From the NCBI GenBank assembly GCA_016218045.1, contig JACRFB010000063.1, forward strand, positions 68,226 through 132,225: a DNA stretch of 64,000 nt, given 5' to 3'. Shown here piece after piece: positions 40,333 to 48,139 of the stretch. The notes beneath the pieces were generated by a model that was given only the letters and a program-made list of their open reading frames with translations, made no database searches and was not told where the DNA came from. This stretch comes from Ignavibacteriota bacterium. Lineage in GTDB: Bacteria > Bacteroidota > Ignavibacteria > SZUA-365. Within the stretch, counting starts at the first letter, position 1, and every line of letters begins with the position of its first letter. The translations under genes and the position numbers were made by a program.

Positions 40333-41694
40333 CTATTCCGGCCGCTTCAGTCCGTACTTTTCGATCTTATTGTACAGTGTGACACGATCGATGGCCAGCC
40401 GCTCGGCGGAGCGGGTGATGTTCCAATTCATCTCCGAGAGCACCTGCACGATATGCCTGCGCTCCACATCCGCGAGACTCTCGCCGGCTGCGCCCGCGGC
40501 CCGCGTCGAGAGATGCATGGGCAGATCCTCCTCCTCGATGAAAGGCCGCGACGACACAACCATCGCGCGCTCAACCGCATTCTCGAGTTCACGCACATTG
40601 CCCGGCCACGCGTACGTCGTAAGCAAAGACATGGCGCCTTCGGAAAACTCCTTCGCGGTGCGATTCATCAGCCGCGCGTACTTGTGCACAAAATGTTCCG
40701 CCAGCATCGGTATGTCGCCCCTCCTCTCGCGCAGGGGCGGTATCGTGATCGCAAACACGTTGATGCGGTAGTACAGGTCCTCTCTGAACGTCCCGTCGCG
40801 CACGGCCGCCTCGAGGTCGGCATTGGTCGCACAGATGAGACGGAAATCCACGTGTATGGTCTGCTCGCCGCCCACGCGCTGGAACTGATGCGATTCGAGC
40901 ACGCGCAGCAGATCCACCTGGGTCTTGGGCGCAAGTGTGCCGATTTCGTCCAGGAACAGTGTTCCGCCATTTGCCATTTCGAATTTCCCTTTGCGTCTGT
41001 ACTGCGCGCCCGTGAACGATCCCTTTTCATGTCCGAAGAGTTCGCTCTCGAGCAGCGACTCCGACAGAGCGCCGCAGTTTACGGGGATGATGGGGAAGTA
41101 CTTCCGTGTGCTGTTCGCGTGTATTGCCCGCGCGATCAACTCCTTGCCCGTGCCGCTTTCGCCGCGTATCAGCACGGTCGATTTTGTCGGGGCCACGGTG
41201 CGGACGAGGTCGAATACCTTCACCATCTCCTCGCTCGCTCCGACGATGTCGTCGATATGATGCAGCGCGTCGACGGTCTGGCGGAGCTGCGCATTCTCTC
41301 GCGCGAGGCGTCGCTGCTGCGCCGCGTTGCGTACCATCGTCGAGAGCTCGTCGGGGTCGATCGGTTTGGTTACGTAATCGAAGGCGCCTGCCTTGAGGGC
41401 TCGGACGGCGGTGTCGACCGACGCGAACGCCGTGATGATGATGATGATGATGTCGGTATCGAATTCCCGGATGCGTTCCTGCAGCGCAAGGCCGTCCATG
41501 CCGGGCATCTTGATGTCCAGCAGCACGAGATCGATTCGTTCGCGCTGCAGGATGTCGAGGGCGGCGGCGGCGTTCTCGGCCGTGTGTACGCTGTAGCCGT
41601 CCTCGAGGAACCATTGTTCCAGGGATTCGCGGACGGACGCTTCGTCGTCAACGACGAGCAGGTGTATCGACGAAGTGGAGAGGGGATCGGTCAT
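40333..41694 (-). CDS. Sigma54-dependent response regulator (REC-AAA+-Fis HTH, NtrC/ZraR family)
   Basis: REC motifs VVDDE, LLDIKMP and KP. AAA+ motifs GESGTGKE, ESELFGHEKGSFTGA, FLDEIG and WPGNVREL. C-terminal HTH. Confidence 0.95.
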   Translation of the reverse strand: MTDPLSTSSIHLLVVDDEASVRESLEQWFLEDGYSVHTAENAAAALDILQRERIDLVLLDIKMPGMDGLALQERIREFDTDIIIIIITAFASVDTAVRALKAGAFDYVTKPIDPDELSTMVRNAAQQRRLARENAQLRQTVDALHHIDDIVGASEEMVKVFDLVRTVAPTKSTVLIRGESGTGKELIARAIHANSTRKYFPIIPVNCGALSESLLESELFGHEKGSFTGAQYRRKGKFEMANGGTLFLDEIGTLAPKTQVDLLRVLESHQFQRVGGEQTIHVDFRLICATNADLEAAVRDGTFREDLYYRINVFAITIPPLRERRGDIPMLAEHFVHKYARLMNRTAKEFSEGAMSLLTTYAWPGNVRELENAVERAMVVSSRPFIEEEDLPMHLSTRAAGAAGESLADVERRHIVQVLSEMNWNITRSAERLAIDRVTLYNKIEKYGLKRPE

Positions 41695-43304
41695 GATGCC
41701 TGGTATTCTCTGTGTGTGTTTTCTGTGTCGCCTGAAACAGGAAGGGAGATGATGAAGGAACTGCCGTGTCCGGGCTCGCTCTGCACGGTGATGTCGCCGC
41801 CATGCTGTTTGACTATGCCGTACACGATCGAGAGGCCGAGGCCCGTGCCGAAGCCGCTTTCCTTCGTGGTGAAAAACGGTTCGAAGACGCGCTGCAGATC
41901 GGCGGCCGAGATGCCGATACCGGTGTCGGTGACGCGCAGCAGTGTGCGCCCTGCGTCGGTTGCGGCGTCCACGGTTAACGTGCCGCCGTCCGGCATGGCT
42001 TCGATCGCATTGATGAGCAGCGCGATGAGCACCTGCTGCAACTGCGACTCGTCGCAGTACGCGCGGACGGAAACGGGCGGCGGCTCGTAGCGCACCTCGA
42101 TCTGCTGCAGGTCGATCTGGTGCTGGACGAGGCGCAGCGAGCGCTCGATGAGCGTGTGCAGATTGCAGACCGCCCGCGACTGTGGATGCGCGCGCGCAAA
42201 AAACAGCAGGTTGCGGACGATGTCTCCGCAGCGCCGCGCCTCCTCTGCGATGATGTCGAGGTCGCTATTGATGCGCGCCAGCTTCTCTTGGTCCACAGTG
42301 TCGCGGAGCCGCTTGCGGCTCAATTTCGCAAGAGTCAGAATGCCCGAGAGCGGATTGTTCAACTCGTGTGCAATCATCGAGCTCAACTTGCCGAGCGACG
42401 CCATTTTTTCCATGTGTAGAACCTGCTCCTGCATCGACTGCAGTTCGCGCGTCTTCTGGTTCACCTTCTGCTCGAGTGTGTTCGACCAGTCGAGCAGCTC
42501 GTTGCGCGCGCCGTCCAAGTCAGCCGCCATACGGTTGAAGGCCTCGGCGAGACGCCCGATCTCGTCGGAACGCCGAGTCGTGATGCGGTGCCGCAGGTTT
42601 CCGGAGGCGATTTCGCGCGTGCCCGCGATCACTTGTTTCACCGGCCGATGCACGCCGACAAAGACAAAAATGGCGGAGACCGCGGCGACGGCGAGCAGGG
42701 TCACAACGGCCGAGGCGAGTTGCAGCAGTACACCGTCGTCGATGTGTTTGTCGGCGTATTCGAGACTCATCTGCACGTCGAGCACACCCAGCACCGTCTG
42801 TTCTTCGGAGTGGGCGTGACAGGCGGCATCCCAGCACCCGCGCTCGTTGCGTATCGGGTTGATGAAGCCAAGCACGCGATGACCCGACGGAGCGTAGTAC
42901 TTGCGCGCGTACTGATCGGAACTGGTCTTCACAAAATCGGAACCGCCGCCGTGGCACATGATGCAGGCGTCGGCCTTCACATCCACCACGTGCCCGATCT
43001 CAGAGAGCGAATCCGAATACTTGATCACCCCGCGCTTGTCGTAAATGCGAATGTGATCGATGCCGCGCAGGGATCCGAGATCCTGGATGATGGAACTCAG
43101 CTCCGACGAGTTGTTCTCCGACATACTTCGCCGCAGGGCCTGCTTGGTCATCTCGCTGGTGCGTTCCACCGCCTCCTGCACCGTCTGCTCGAGCGTTTCC
43201 CTCTGCGCGCGGATGCTGAATATCGTCGTCCCCAGCAGCACGACCGCGAGCGAGAGCACGAGAATCGTGACGATCTGAAGACTGAGCGAGCGGAAGATGT
43301 TCAT
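41691..43304 (-). CDS. HAMP histidine kinase with a periplasmic c-type heme-binding sensor domain
   Basis: Two TMs flank a domain containing CIMCH and CWDAACH. HAMP (DEIG.LA.AFN.M), H-box AHELNNPL, NAIEA, DTGIG, FFTTK and GTGLGL are present. ATG at 43304. Confidence 0.92.
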   Translation of the reverse strand: MNIFRSLSLQIVTILVLSLAVVLLGTTIFSIRAQRETLEQTVQEAVERTSEMTKQALRRSMSENNSSELSSIIQDLGSLRGIDHIRIYDKRGVIKYSDSLSEIGHVVDVKADACIMCHGGGSDFVKTSSDQYARKYYAPSGHRVLGFINPIRNERGCWDAACHAHSEEQTVLGVLDVQMSLEYADKHIDDGVLLQLASAVVTLLAVAAVSAIFVFVGVHRPVKQVIAGTREIASGNLRHRITTRRSDEIGRLAEAFNRMAADLDGARNELLDWSNTLEQKVNQKTRELQSMQEQVLHMEKMASLGKLSSMIAHELNNPLSGILTLAKLSRKRLRDTVDQEKLARINSDLDIIAEEARRCGDIVRNLLFFARAHPQSRAVCNLHTLIERSLRLVQHQIDLQQIEVRYEPPPVSVRAYCDESQLQQVLIALLINAIEAMPDGGTLTVDAATDAGRTLLRVTDTGIGISAADLQRVFEPFFTTKESGFGTGLGLSIVYGIVKQHGGDITVQSEPGHGSSFIISLPVSGDTENTHREYQAS

Positions 43305-43430
43305 CGGAGGTCCCGGAAGGGAACAAAGTGGGCGACACAAGCTACCAAATCTCGCGCATGTCCACAACGGCGGACGCGAATGGAAACGGGCCCGAAGGCC
43401 CGTATCCGATCATTACTGAGACCTCGCGGC

Positions 43431-44234
43431 CTACACCTCGGCGTCGGCCGAGCGCGGATACAACACGCCGCGGACAAGTTCCATGTACGCGGCCTCTCCG
43501 AAGGCCTCGTCGAGCGCCGACACTGTCTCGCCGCCGTCGTTGAGGCAGATGCCTCCGGGGGCGAGATGCGTTTCGAGACGGCGTGCTGCGCGGCGCATAA
43601 ACGTCGAGAGCACGGCCTCCTCCGCGATACGCGCGCGGGCCGGAGGTAGCATCGCCGGCCGCTCCGCGTCGTGTTTGGACGGAACGATACAAGCCAGCCA
43701 GCCGAGATCATAGGTGTTGGTGCGCAGGAACACGGGATCCTCACAGAGCTGCCTGTTCTGCCGGACCAGTGTTCCCGTGAGCGGCGACAACACGGGCAGC
43801 ACATTCGTGTGTGTGTAGATCCACGCGATCGGCCTGCCGCGTTCCACGGATTCGCTCATCGCGGGAAACACGATGCGGGCGGATGGCGGGAGCAACAGAG
43901 AGAAGGGATGGGTGATGCCCAGGTACGCGAGTTTGACGTCGTGGAAACGCGCCCAGGTATGGTCCGTCGAGTACGCCAATCCCTCGTGCAGATGCGAGGC
44001 GGTGAAGCCGCGGAGCAGCCGCACAATTGTTTCGTCGCAGGGGACAGGCAGGGGCACCTGCAGCGGCATATCCACTTCCGCGTCGGCCGCCGCGGGTCCC
44101 TGCTTGTCGTCCTTACGGAGCACGTGATCCAGCGGACATCGGTCGCAGTCAAATGCGCGGTCGCAGAGCTTGTAGGTGAGTATGCCCGCGTCCATCCAAA
44201 CGCATTTGCCCTCGGTATTCCTGGAGCCGCTCAT
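43431..44234 (-). CDS. GcvH-fold protein without lipoyl lysine, with an N-terminal Cys4 motif
   Basis: CVWM...C-X5-C-X2-C, then an H-protein-like core YSTDHTW...GI...SPLTG...N..L...Y..GW. Thr occupies the lipoyl-Lys position. Confidence 0.8.
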   Translation of the reverse strand: MSGSRNTEGKCVWMDAGILTYKLCDRAFDCDRCPLDHVLRKDDKQGPAAADAEVDMPLQVPLPVPCDETIVRLLRGFTASHLHEGLAYSTDHTWARFHDVKLAYLGITHPFSLLLPPSARIVFPAMSESVERGRPIAWIYTHTNVLPVLSPLTGTLVRQNRQLCEDPVFLRTNTYDLGWLACIVPSKHDAERPAMLPPARARIAEEAVLSTFMRRAARRLETHLAPGGICLNDGGETVSALDEAFGEAAYMELVRGVLYPRSADAEV

Positions 44235-44282
44235 GTCTACTCCCGTGAGTCGTGTGAATCCAAGCGTGGTGAATAATAGCGG

Positions 44283-45485
44283 TCAGGAAACGGACACTTC
44301 GACCGTACCTTTCGGTGCTTCGCCTTTCACCGGACGGGCGGCCGAGAGGCGCACGGTCTGGTGTTTCTCCTCGTGCGAGATATCGGCGAAGATCGGGAGA
44401 TGTTTGACCGCGAAGCCGAACACCCAGAAACCGACTGTCACCACTGCAAGCGACACAAAAATCTCGCCGACGGAGGGGAAATACACGCCACCGTAATACG
44501 GTTCAATCGAAGTGAGCGCTACGTTGAGGCGGTTGGTGACAAAACCCAGCACCACCGACATGGCGCAGAGCGACAGGCCGAGACGCGTCTGCCCGAAGCC
44601 ACGGATGTTGAAGAGCACGATCGGCAGGACGAAGAACAGGGCGAGTTCCACGAGCAGCATGATTGTTTGCAGCGAGCCGTCGAGAAGCGCGAACTTGTTG
44701 CCGTGCACCATGTCGATCAAACGCATGGTTACGTACACAGTGGCGACACCGATCATTGCGCGGGCAAGGTCTCGCAGCAATGGCGTCTCGAGCGCCTTGT
44801 TAAAGACACGCGCGCTGAGGTACGACTCGACAATGGTCATCGCCAGGCCCACGGTGACGGCCGACACGAAGAAAAACACCGGCAGCATCGGCGAGTACCA
44901 GAAGGGATGCATTTTCTCGGGGATGATGAGATAGAGACTGCCAAGCGAGGACTGGTGCAGCATCGACAGGAGGATGCCCGCGACAACAAGCGGTATCGTG
45001 ATGGCCTTCATGATCTTGAGCAGGCGTGTCATCTTGAAGCGCTCGAGCACCACCGGACTGAATTCGAGGGCAAGCACCGTGGTGTAGAGCATCACACACC
45101 AGGCCACTTCGAACATGACCGAATGAGGATTCCACATGATGATCGCATGCCAGATCGACCAGGGACGTCCGAGGTCGAACATGAGACCCACGATCACGAG
45201 CAGATAACCGAGGAAGGCCGTCAGTACCGTCGGACGGACGATGGCCTTGAAGCGTTTCAGATTGAACACGTACACAATACCGCACAGAGTGAATCCGCCG
45301 GCGGCCAGACCCACTCCGGTGACAACATCGAAACCGATCCAGATGCCCCACGGTGCGGCATCGGAGAGATTGGTGGCCTTGCCGAGCCCGAAGGCAAAAC
45401 GCATGACGGCCGAGACGAGTCCGCCGAGCACAAAAAATGCGCCGAGGATCTTCCAGAAGGACAAGTGTTTTTTCAGGGATATCAT
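44283..45485 (-). CDS. HybB/HmcC-type (NrfD/PsrC family) polytopic quinone-interacting membrane subunit
   Basis: About 10 TMs with PWGIWIGFDV..GV.LAAGG, DLGRPW, SVMFEVAWCVMLY and LHQSSLGSL. ATG 45485 follows GAGG; GTG 45497 is an alternative start. Confidence 0.88.
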   Translation of the reverse strand: MISLKKHLSFWKILGAFFVLGGLVSAVMRFAFGLGKATNLSDAAPWGIWIGFDVVTGVGLAAGGFTLCGIVYVFNLKRFKAIVRPTVLTAFLGYLLVIVGLMFDLGRPWSIWHAIIMWNPHSVMFEVAWCVMLYTTVLALEFSPVVLERFKMTRLLKIMKAITIPLVVAGILLSMLHQSSLGSLYLIIPEKMHPFWYSPMLPVFFFVSAVTVGLAMTIVESYLSARVFNKALETPLLRDLARAMIGVATVYVTMRLIDMVHGNKFALLDGSLQTIMLLVELALFFVLPIVLFNIRGFGQTRLGLSLCAMSVVLGFVTNRLNVALTSIEPYYGGVYFPSVGEIFVSLAVVTVGFWVFGFAVKHLPIFADISHEEKHQTVRLSAARPVKGEAPKGTVEVSVS

Positions 45486-45493
45486 GGACGACC

Positions 45494-46249
45494 TCACTTC
45501 GTGCTGTTGTTATTGCGTTGGGATTCTTCGAACCGCTTCACTTCTTCGCGACGATGCGTGATCCAGTAGATCGCGGAGAAGGCCGCTCCCGCCGTCACAA
45601 CAACGTCGGGCAGTTTGGAAAGCACATTCCACGTTTTCTGCGGAAGCGCTTCGGATCCGATTTCGGTTTTGAATCCCAGTTTCTCGAAAGGCACGCTCGA
45701 GAGGAAGAGAACGGACATGCCGCCAATTTCCTTTTCGCCATAGATACGATGGACGTAGTTGTCCGGATTCTCGCTGATGCGGCGGTGCGCCTCGGCGAGC
45801 AATTCGTCGCGTTTCCCGAACAGCGTCGCGCCTGCGGGACACGCCTCGCTGCAGGCCGTCGGCTGTCCCTTCGACGTGCGTTCGTCGTAACACATGGTGC
45901 ATTTACGCACGCGGGGATTGTTGCTGCTCCACTCGTACTTCGGAATGTCGAACGGACAGGCGAGCATACAATAGCGGCAGCCGAGGCACTTCGAAGCGTC
46001 GTAGTTCACCGGGCCGGCCTTGGTCTTTTCGAGCGCACCGACGGGGCACACCGAGCCGCAGGCGGGCTCGTTGCAGTGGCGGCACATGCGGCGGACCCAG
46101 GTATCGCCGTATTGTTCGAGCGTCGTGAAATTCTTTTCGTTCAGATTGCGCGCCTCGATCTCGGGGAACCCGTGCGATTTCTGGCAGGCTGTACGGCATT
46201 CGCCGCAGCCCACGCACTGGGTGATGTCGATGAGAAGGGCATAGGACAT
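45494..46249 (-). CDS. HybA/FdnH-like 4x[4Fe-4S] ferredoxin subunit with C-terminal TM anchor
   Basis: Cys groups CVGCGECRTAC, CRHCNEPACGSVCP, CLGCRYCMLACP and CTMC...ACSEACP; YGEKE.GG motif. C-terminal TM followed by HRR. Confidence 0.92.
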   Translation of the reverse strand: MSYALLIDITQCVGCGECRTACQKSHGFPEIEARNLNEKNFTTLEQYGDTWVRRMCRHCNEPACGSVCPVGALEKTKAGPVNYDASKCLGCRYCMLACPFDIPKYEWSSNNPRVRKCTMCYDERTSKGQPTACSEACPAGATLFGKRDELLAEAHRRISENPDNYVHRIYGEKEIGGMSVLFLSSVPFEKLGFKTEIGSEALPQKTWNVLSKLPDVVVTAGAAFSAIYWITHRREEVKRFEESQRNNNSTK

Positions 46250-46356
46250 TGTACTATCCTTGAAATTGTGTGGGTGGTATCAGTCGTCGTGTGGTCAGGG
46301 GAATTGCGGACAGGGAAGAGTCCCGCGGCCGCTGAGCCGGGGCCTCCATCATTTCC

Positions 46357-47025
46357 TCAGCGGAGAAATTCCTGTTCGAAGGTGTGCAGAGCTTCAGTGT
46401 CGAGATGTTCGAGCGAACCGGCAACCGCGACGCCGCCGTCGAGCATGGTCTCGCCTGCAAACGCCGGCTGCATCGCCTTCGCATGGAGGAATTCGCGGAA
46501 ACGCGCCGCCTCATTCCTGATCCACGTCACAGCACTCTCGGCGATCGACATCACGGAGAGGTTTGCCGCGAGCTGATCCGGCGCCACCGAAAACAACCAG
46601 CCCTCATCATATGGATTCGCGTCGATGAGCGCAGGGTTGTCGATCACATCGCGGTTGATCGCGATCACGGTGCCCGAAACCGGGGCGACAAGAGACAAAG
46701 CACGTCCGCCGCGGGACAGTGTGATCACGGGATCTCCCTGATTCACCTTCTGGCCGATGAATGGCAGTGTAACGTTCTCGATTGTGCCGAGCGCCTTCTG
46801 AATAAAATCATCAACACCAACAACCACATCGTCGCCGCCGCTCATGCGCGCCCACGTGTGCGCAGGATGGAAAAATATACCCTTGGGCATACGGACCACA
46901 TCCGACGCCGCTCCCTGCGCCTTCAGGACGGGCGACATCAGCGGATACTTCTTGTGGCGGATCTGAATTACCAGATCGATCGTCAACAGGGTGACGACAA
47001 ACAGGATGACGAATAATGCTACCAT
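46357..47025 (-). CDS. Membrane-anchored GcvH-fold protein without lipoyl lysine
   Basis: N-terminal TM and an H-protein core FFHPAHTW, VGVDDF, APVSGTV...N, NPYDEGW. Gly occupies the lipoyl-Lys position (LSRGGR versus canonical VESVKA). Confidence 0.85.
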   Translation of the reverse strand: MVALFVILFVVTLLTIDLVIQIRHKKYPLMSPVLKAQGAASDVVRMPKGIFFHPAHTWARMSGGDDVVVGVDDFIQKALGTIENVTLPFIGQKVNQGDPVITLSRGGRALSLVAPVSGTVIAINRDVIDNPALIDANPYDEGWLFSVAPDQLAANLSVMSIAESAVTWIRNEAARFREFLHAKAMQPAFAGETMLDGGVAVAGSLEHLDTEALHTFEQEFLR

Positions 47026-47094
47026 GACTGTGCTCCTAGAGGGTGTGTAAGTGCGTGTGGTGAATTTCTCATCAGATAACTGTTGAAATCATCC

Positions 47095-47110
47095 GCAATA
47101 AGCGCACCAG
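47095..47110 (-). promoter_or_regulatory. Sigma54 (-24/-12) promoter
   Basis: The minus strand reads CTGGTGCGCTTATTGC, an exact GG-N10-GC in TGG...TTGC context. It lies ~70 bp upstream of the first cluster gene in AT-rich DNA. Confidence 0.7.
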
Positions 47111-47244
47111 ACTCGTTTGTCTCTTTTTCCGCATTTTTCAACACTTTTTTCTTACATCCCGACCGTTGACAATTCAGCGACTGTTGGATAATTCATCGGG
47201 AATCCAAAGGGGATTTATAAACCGAATGAAAATATTCACATATA

Positions 47245-47282
47245 CAAAAAACGGTGCCGTTGAAATTATCAACGGCACCGTT
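47245..47282 (-). terminator. Rho-independent terminator after the methyltransferase gene
   Basis: 14-bp perfect stem AACGGTGCCGTTGA / TCAACGGCACCGTT followed by a T-run on the minus strand. Confidence 0.75.
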
Positions 47283-47300
47283 GTGATATTCATCAGTACG

Positions 47301-47981
47301 TCAGGCGGATCTGAAGAGATAGAGGAACTTCCGGGGGAAGCGAACGGGCAGCAGACGAAGCACGGTGGTGAGTGGTCGCGTCAGAGCTAAGCGAGGGAAT
47401 AATGCCATGAGCCGGAAATGTGTGAGGTAGGGTCCCTCTACCGAACACGTGCCATCGGGCTGCATGGCCAGAATATCAGCCCAGGAATGATAGACCCAGG
47501 AGTCCGTTCGCGAGTGCCCGCCGGAAAGATCGCTGTCGCCGACGAAAGCGACGACACCACCCGGAGCGAGGAGCAACACCATTCGGCGTATATAGTCTCG
47601 CACGTTTTCAATATCACGTGTATTCATCACACTCATGCCCAGCGAGAAGATGCAGTCGAATCTCTCGTTTGTTTCAAACGACAGCGCATCGGCGGCGATG
47701 AAGCCGACCTGCGGGAAGCGTTGCTCCGCGATTGCGATTGCACGTGCACTGATGTCGATTCCCGTCACCGTGCAGCCCGCCTCGTGAAACAGGCCGGAGT
47801 AATACCCTGTGCCGCAGCCTACATCGAGAACCCGCGCACCGGCTTTCAAACCGCAGATACCCATGATGGAGCGAACCGCCCCCATTGAAACTGCTCGGGG
47901 ATAATAGGCGAATTCCGACGTGTTATAGAAATCGTCGTACTGCTCGCGAAGTCTGTCGGTATCTTTGCCGCCGCTGTTCAT
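47301..47981 (-). CDS. Class I SAM-dependent methyltransferase
   Basis: RVLDVGCGTG, GIDIS, FDCIF and LAPGG motifs. Start set at ATG 47981. Confidence 0.85.
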   Translation of the reverse strand: MNSGGKDTDRLREQYDDFYNTSEFAYYPRAVSMGAVRSIMGICGLKAGARVLDVGCGTGYYSGLFHEAGCTVTGIDISARAIAIAEQRFPQVGFIAADALSFETNERFDCIFSLGMSVMNTRDIENVRDYIRRMVLLLAPGGVVAFVGDSDLSGGHSRTDSWVYHSWADILAMQPDGTCSVEGPYLTHFRLMALFPRLALTRPLTTVLRLLPVRFPRKFLYLFRSA

Positions 47982-48139
47982 TCGTCGCGCGAAAAGTGAG
48001 TGGAAAGCCGGTTGTTTCCAAACGTGTGAAGTGGGATTTTGTAACACTTCGCGGTGCACGCCGGTATTAGGCCGATCCGTGCTGCCGTCCGCGCACGCCA
48101 TTCCGATACTCCCGCCTGTCTCATTCCCCGGGGTTTCCC

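Noticed and set aside
40063..42090. Long antisense ORFs (675 aa here; also 77-1354, 1421-2674, 14826-16100, 32852-34090, 44361-45569)
   Set aside because: These are shadow ORFs of well-supported genes, expected in GC-rich DNA, with no recognisable motifs.
46280..46282. In-frame TGA upstream of the ferredoxin as a selenocysteine or readthrough codon
   Set aside because: The ATG at 46249 has its own ribosome-binding site, the TGA is not at a Cys-equivalent position and no SECIS-like hairpin is evident.
46254..46514. Arg-rich ORF as a separate Tat-like leader for the ferredoxin
   Set aside because: It overlaps the GcvH-like gene in another frame and has no hydrophobic core.
43431..47025. Annotation as glycine cleavage system H proteins (gcvH) and hydrogenase-2 (hybAB)
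   Set aside because: There is no lipoyl Lys and no gcvP/T, hydrogenase large/small subunits or maturases, so gene symbols were withheld.
47250..47282. 14-bp palindrome as the enhancer for the sigma54 promoter
   Set aside because: Its position 18 bp after a stop codon and the following T-run fit an intrinsic terminator better.
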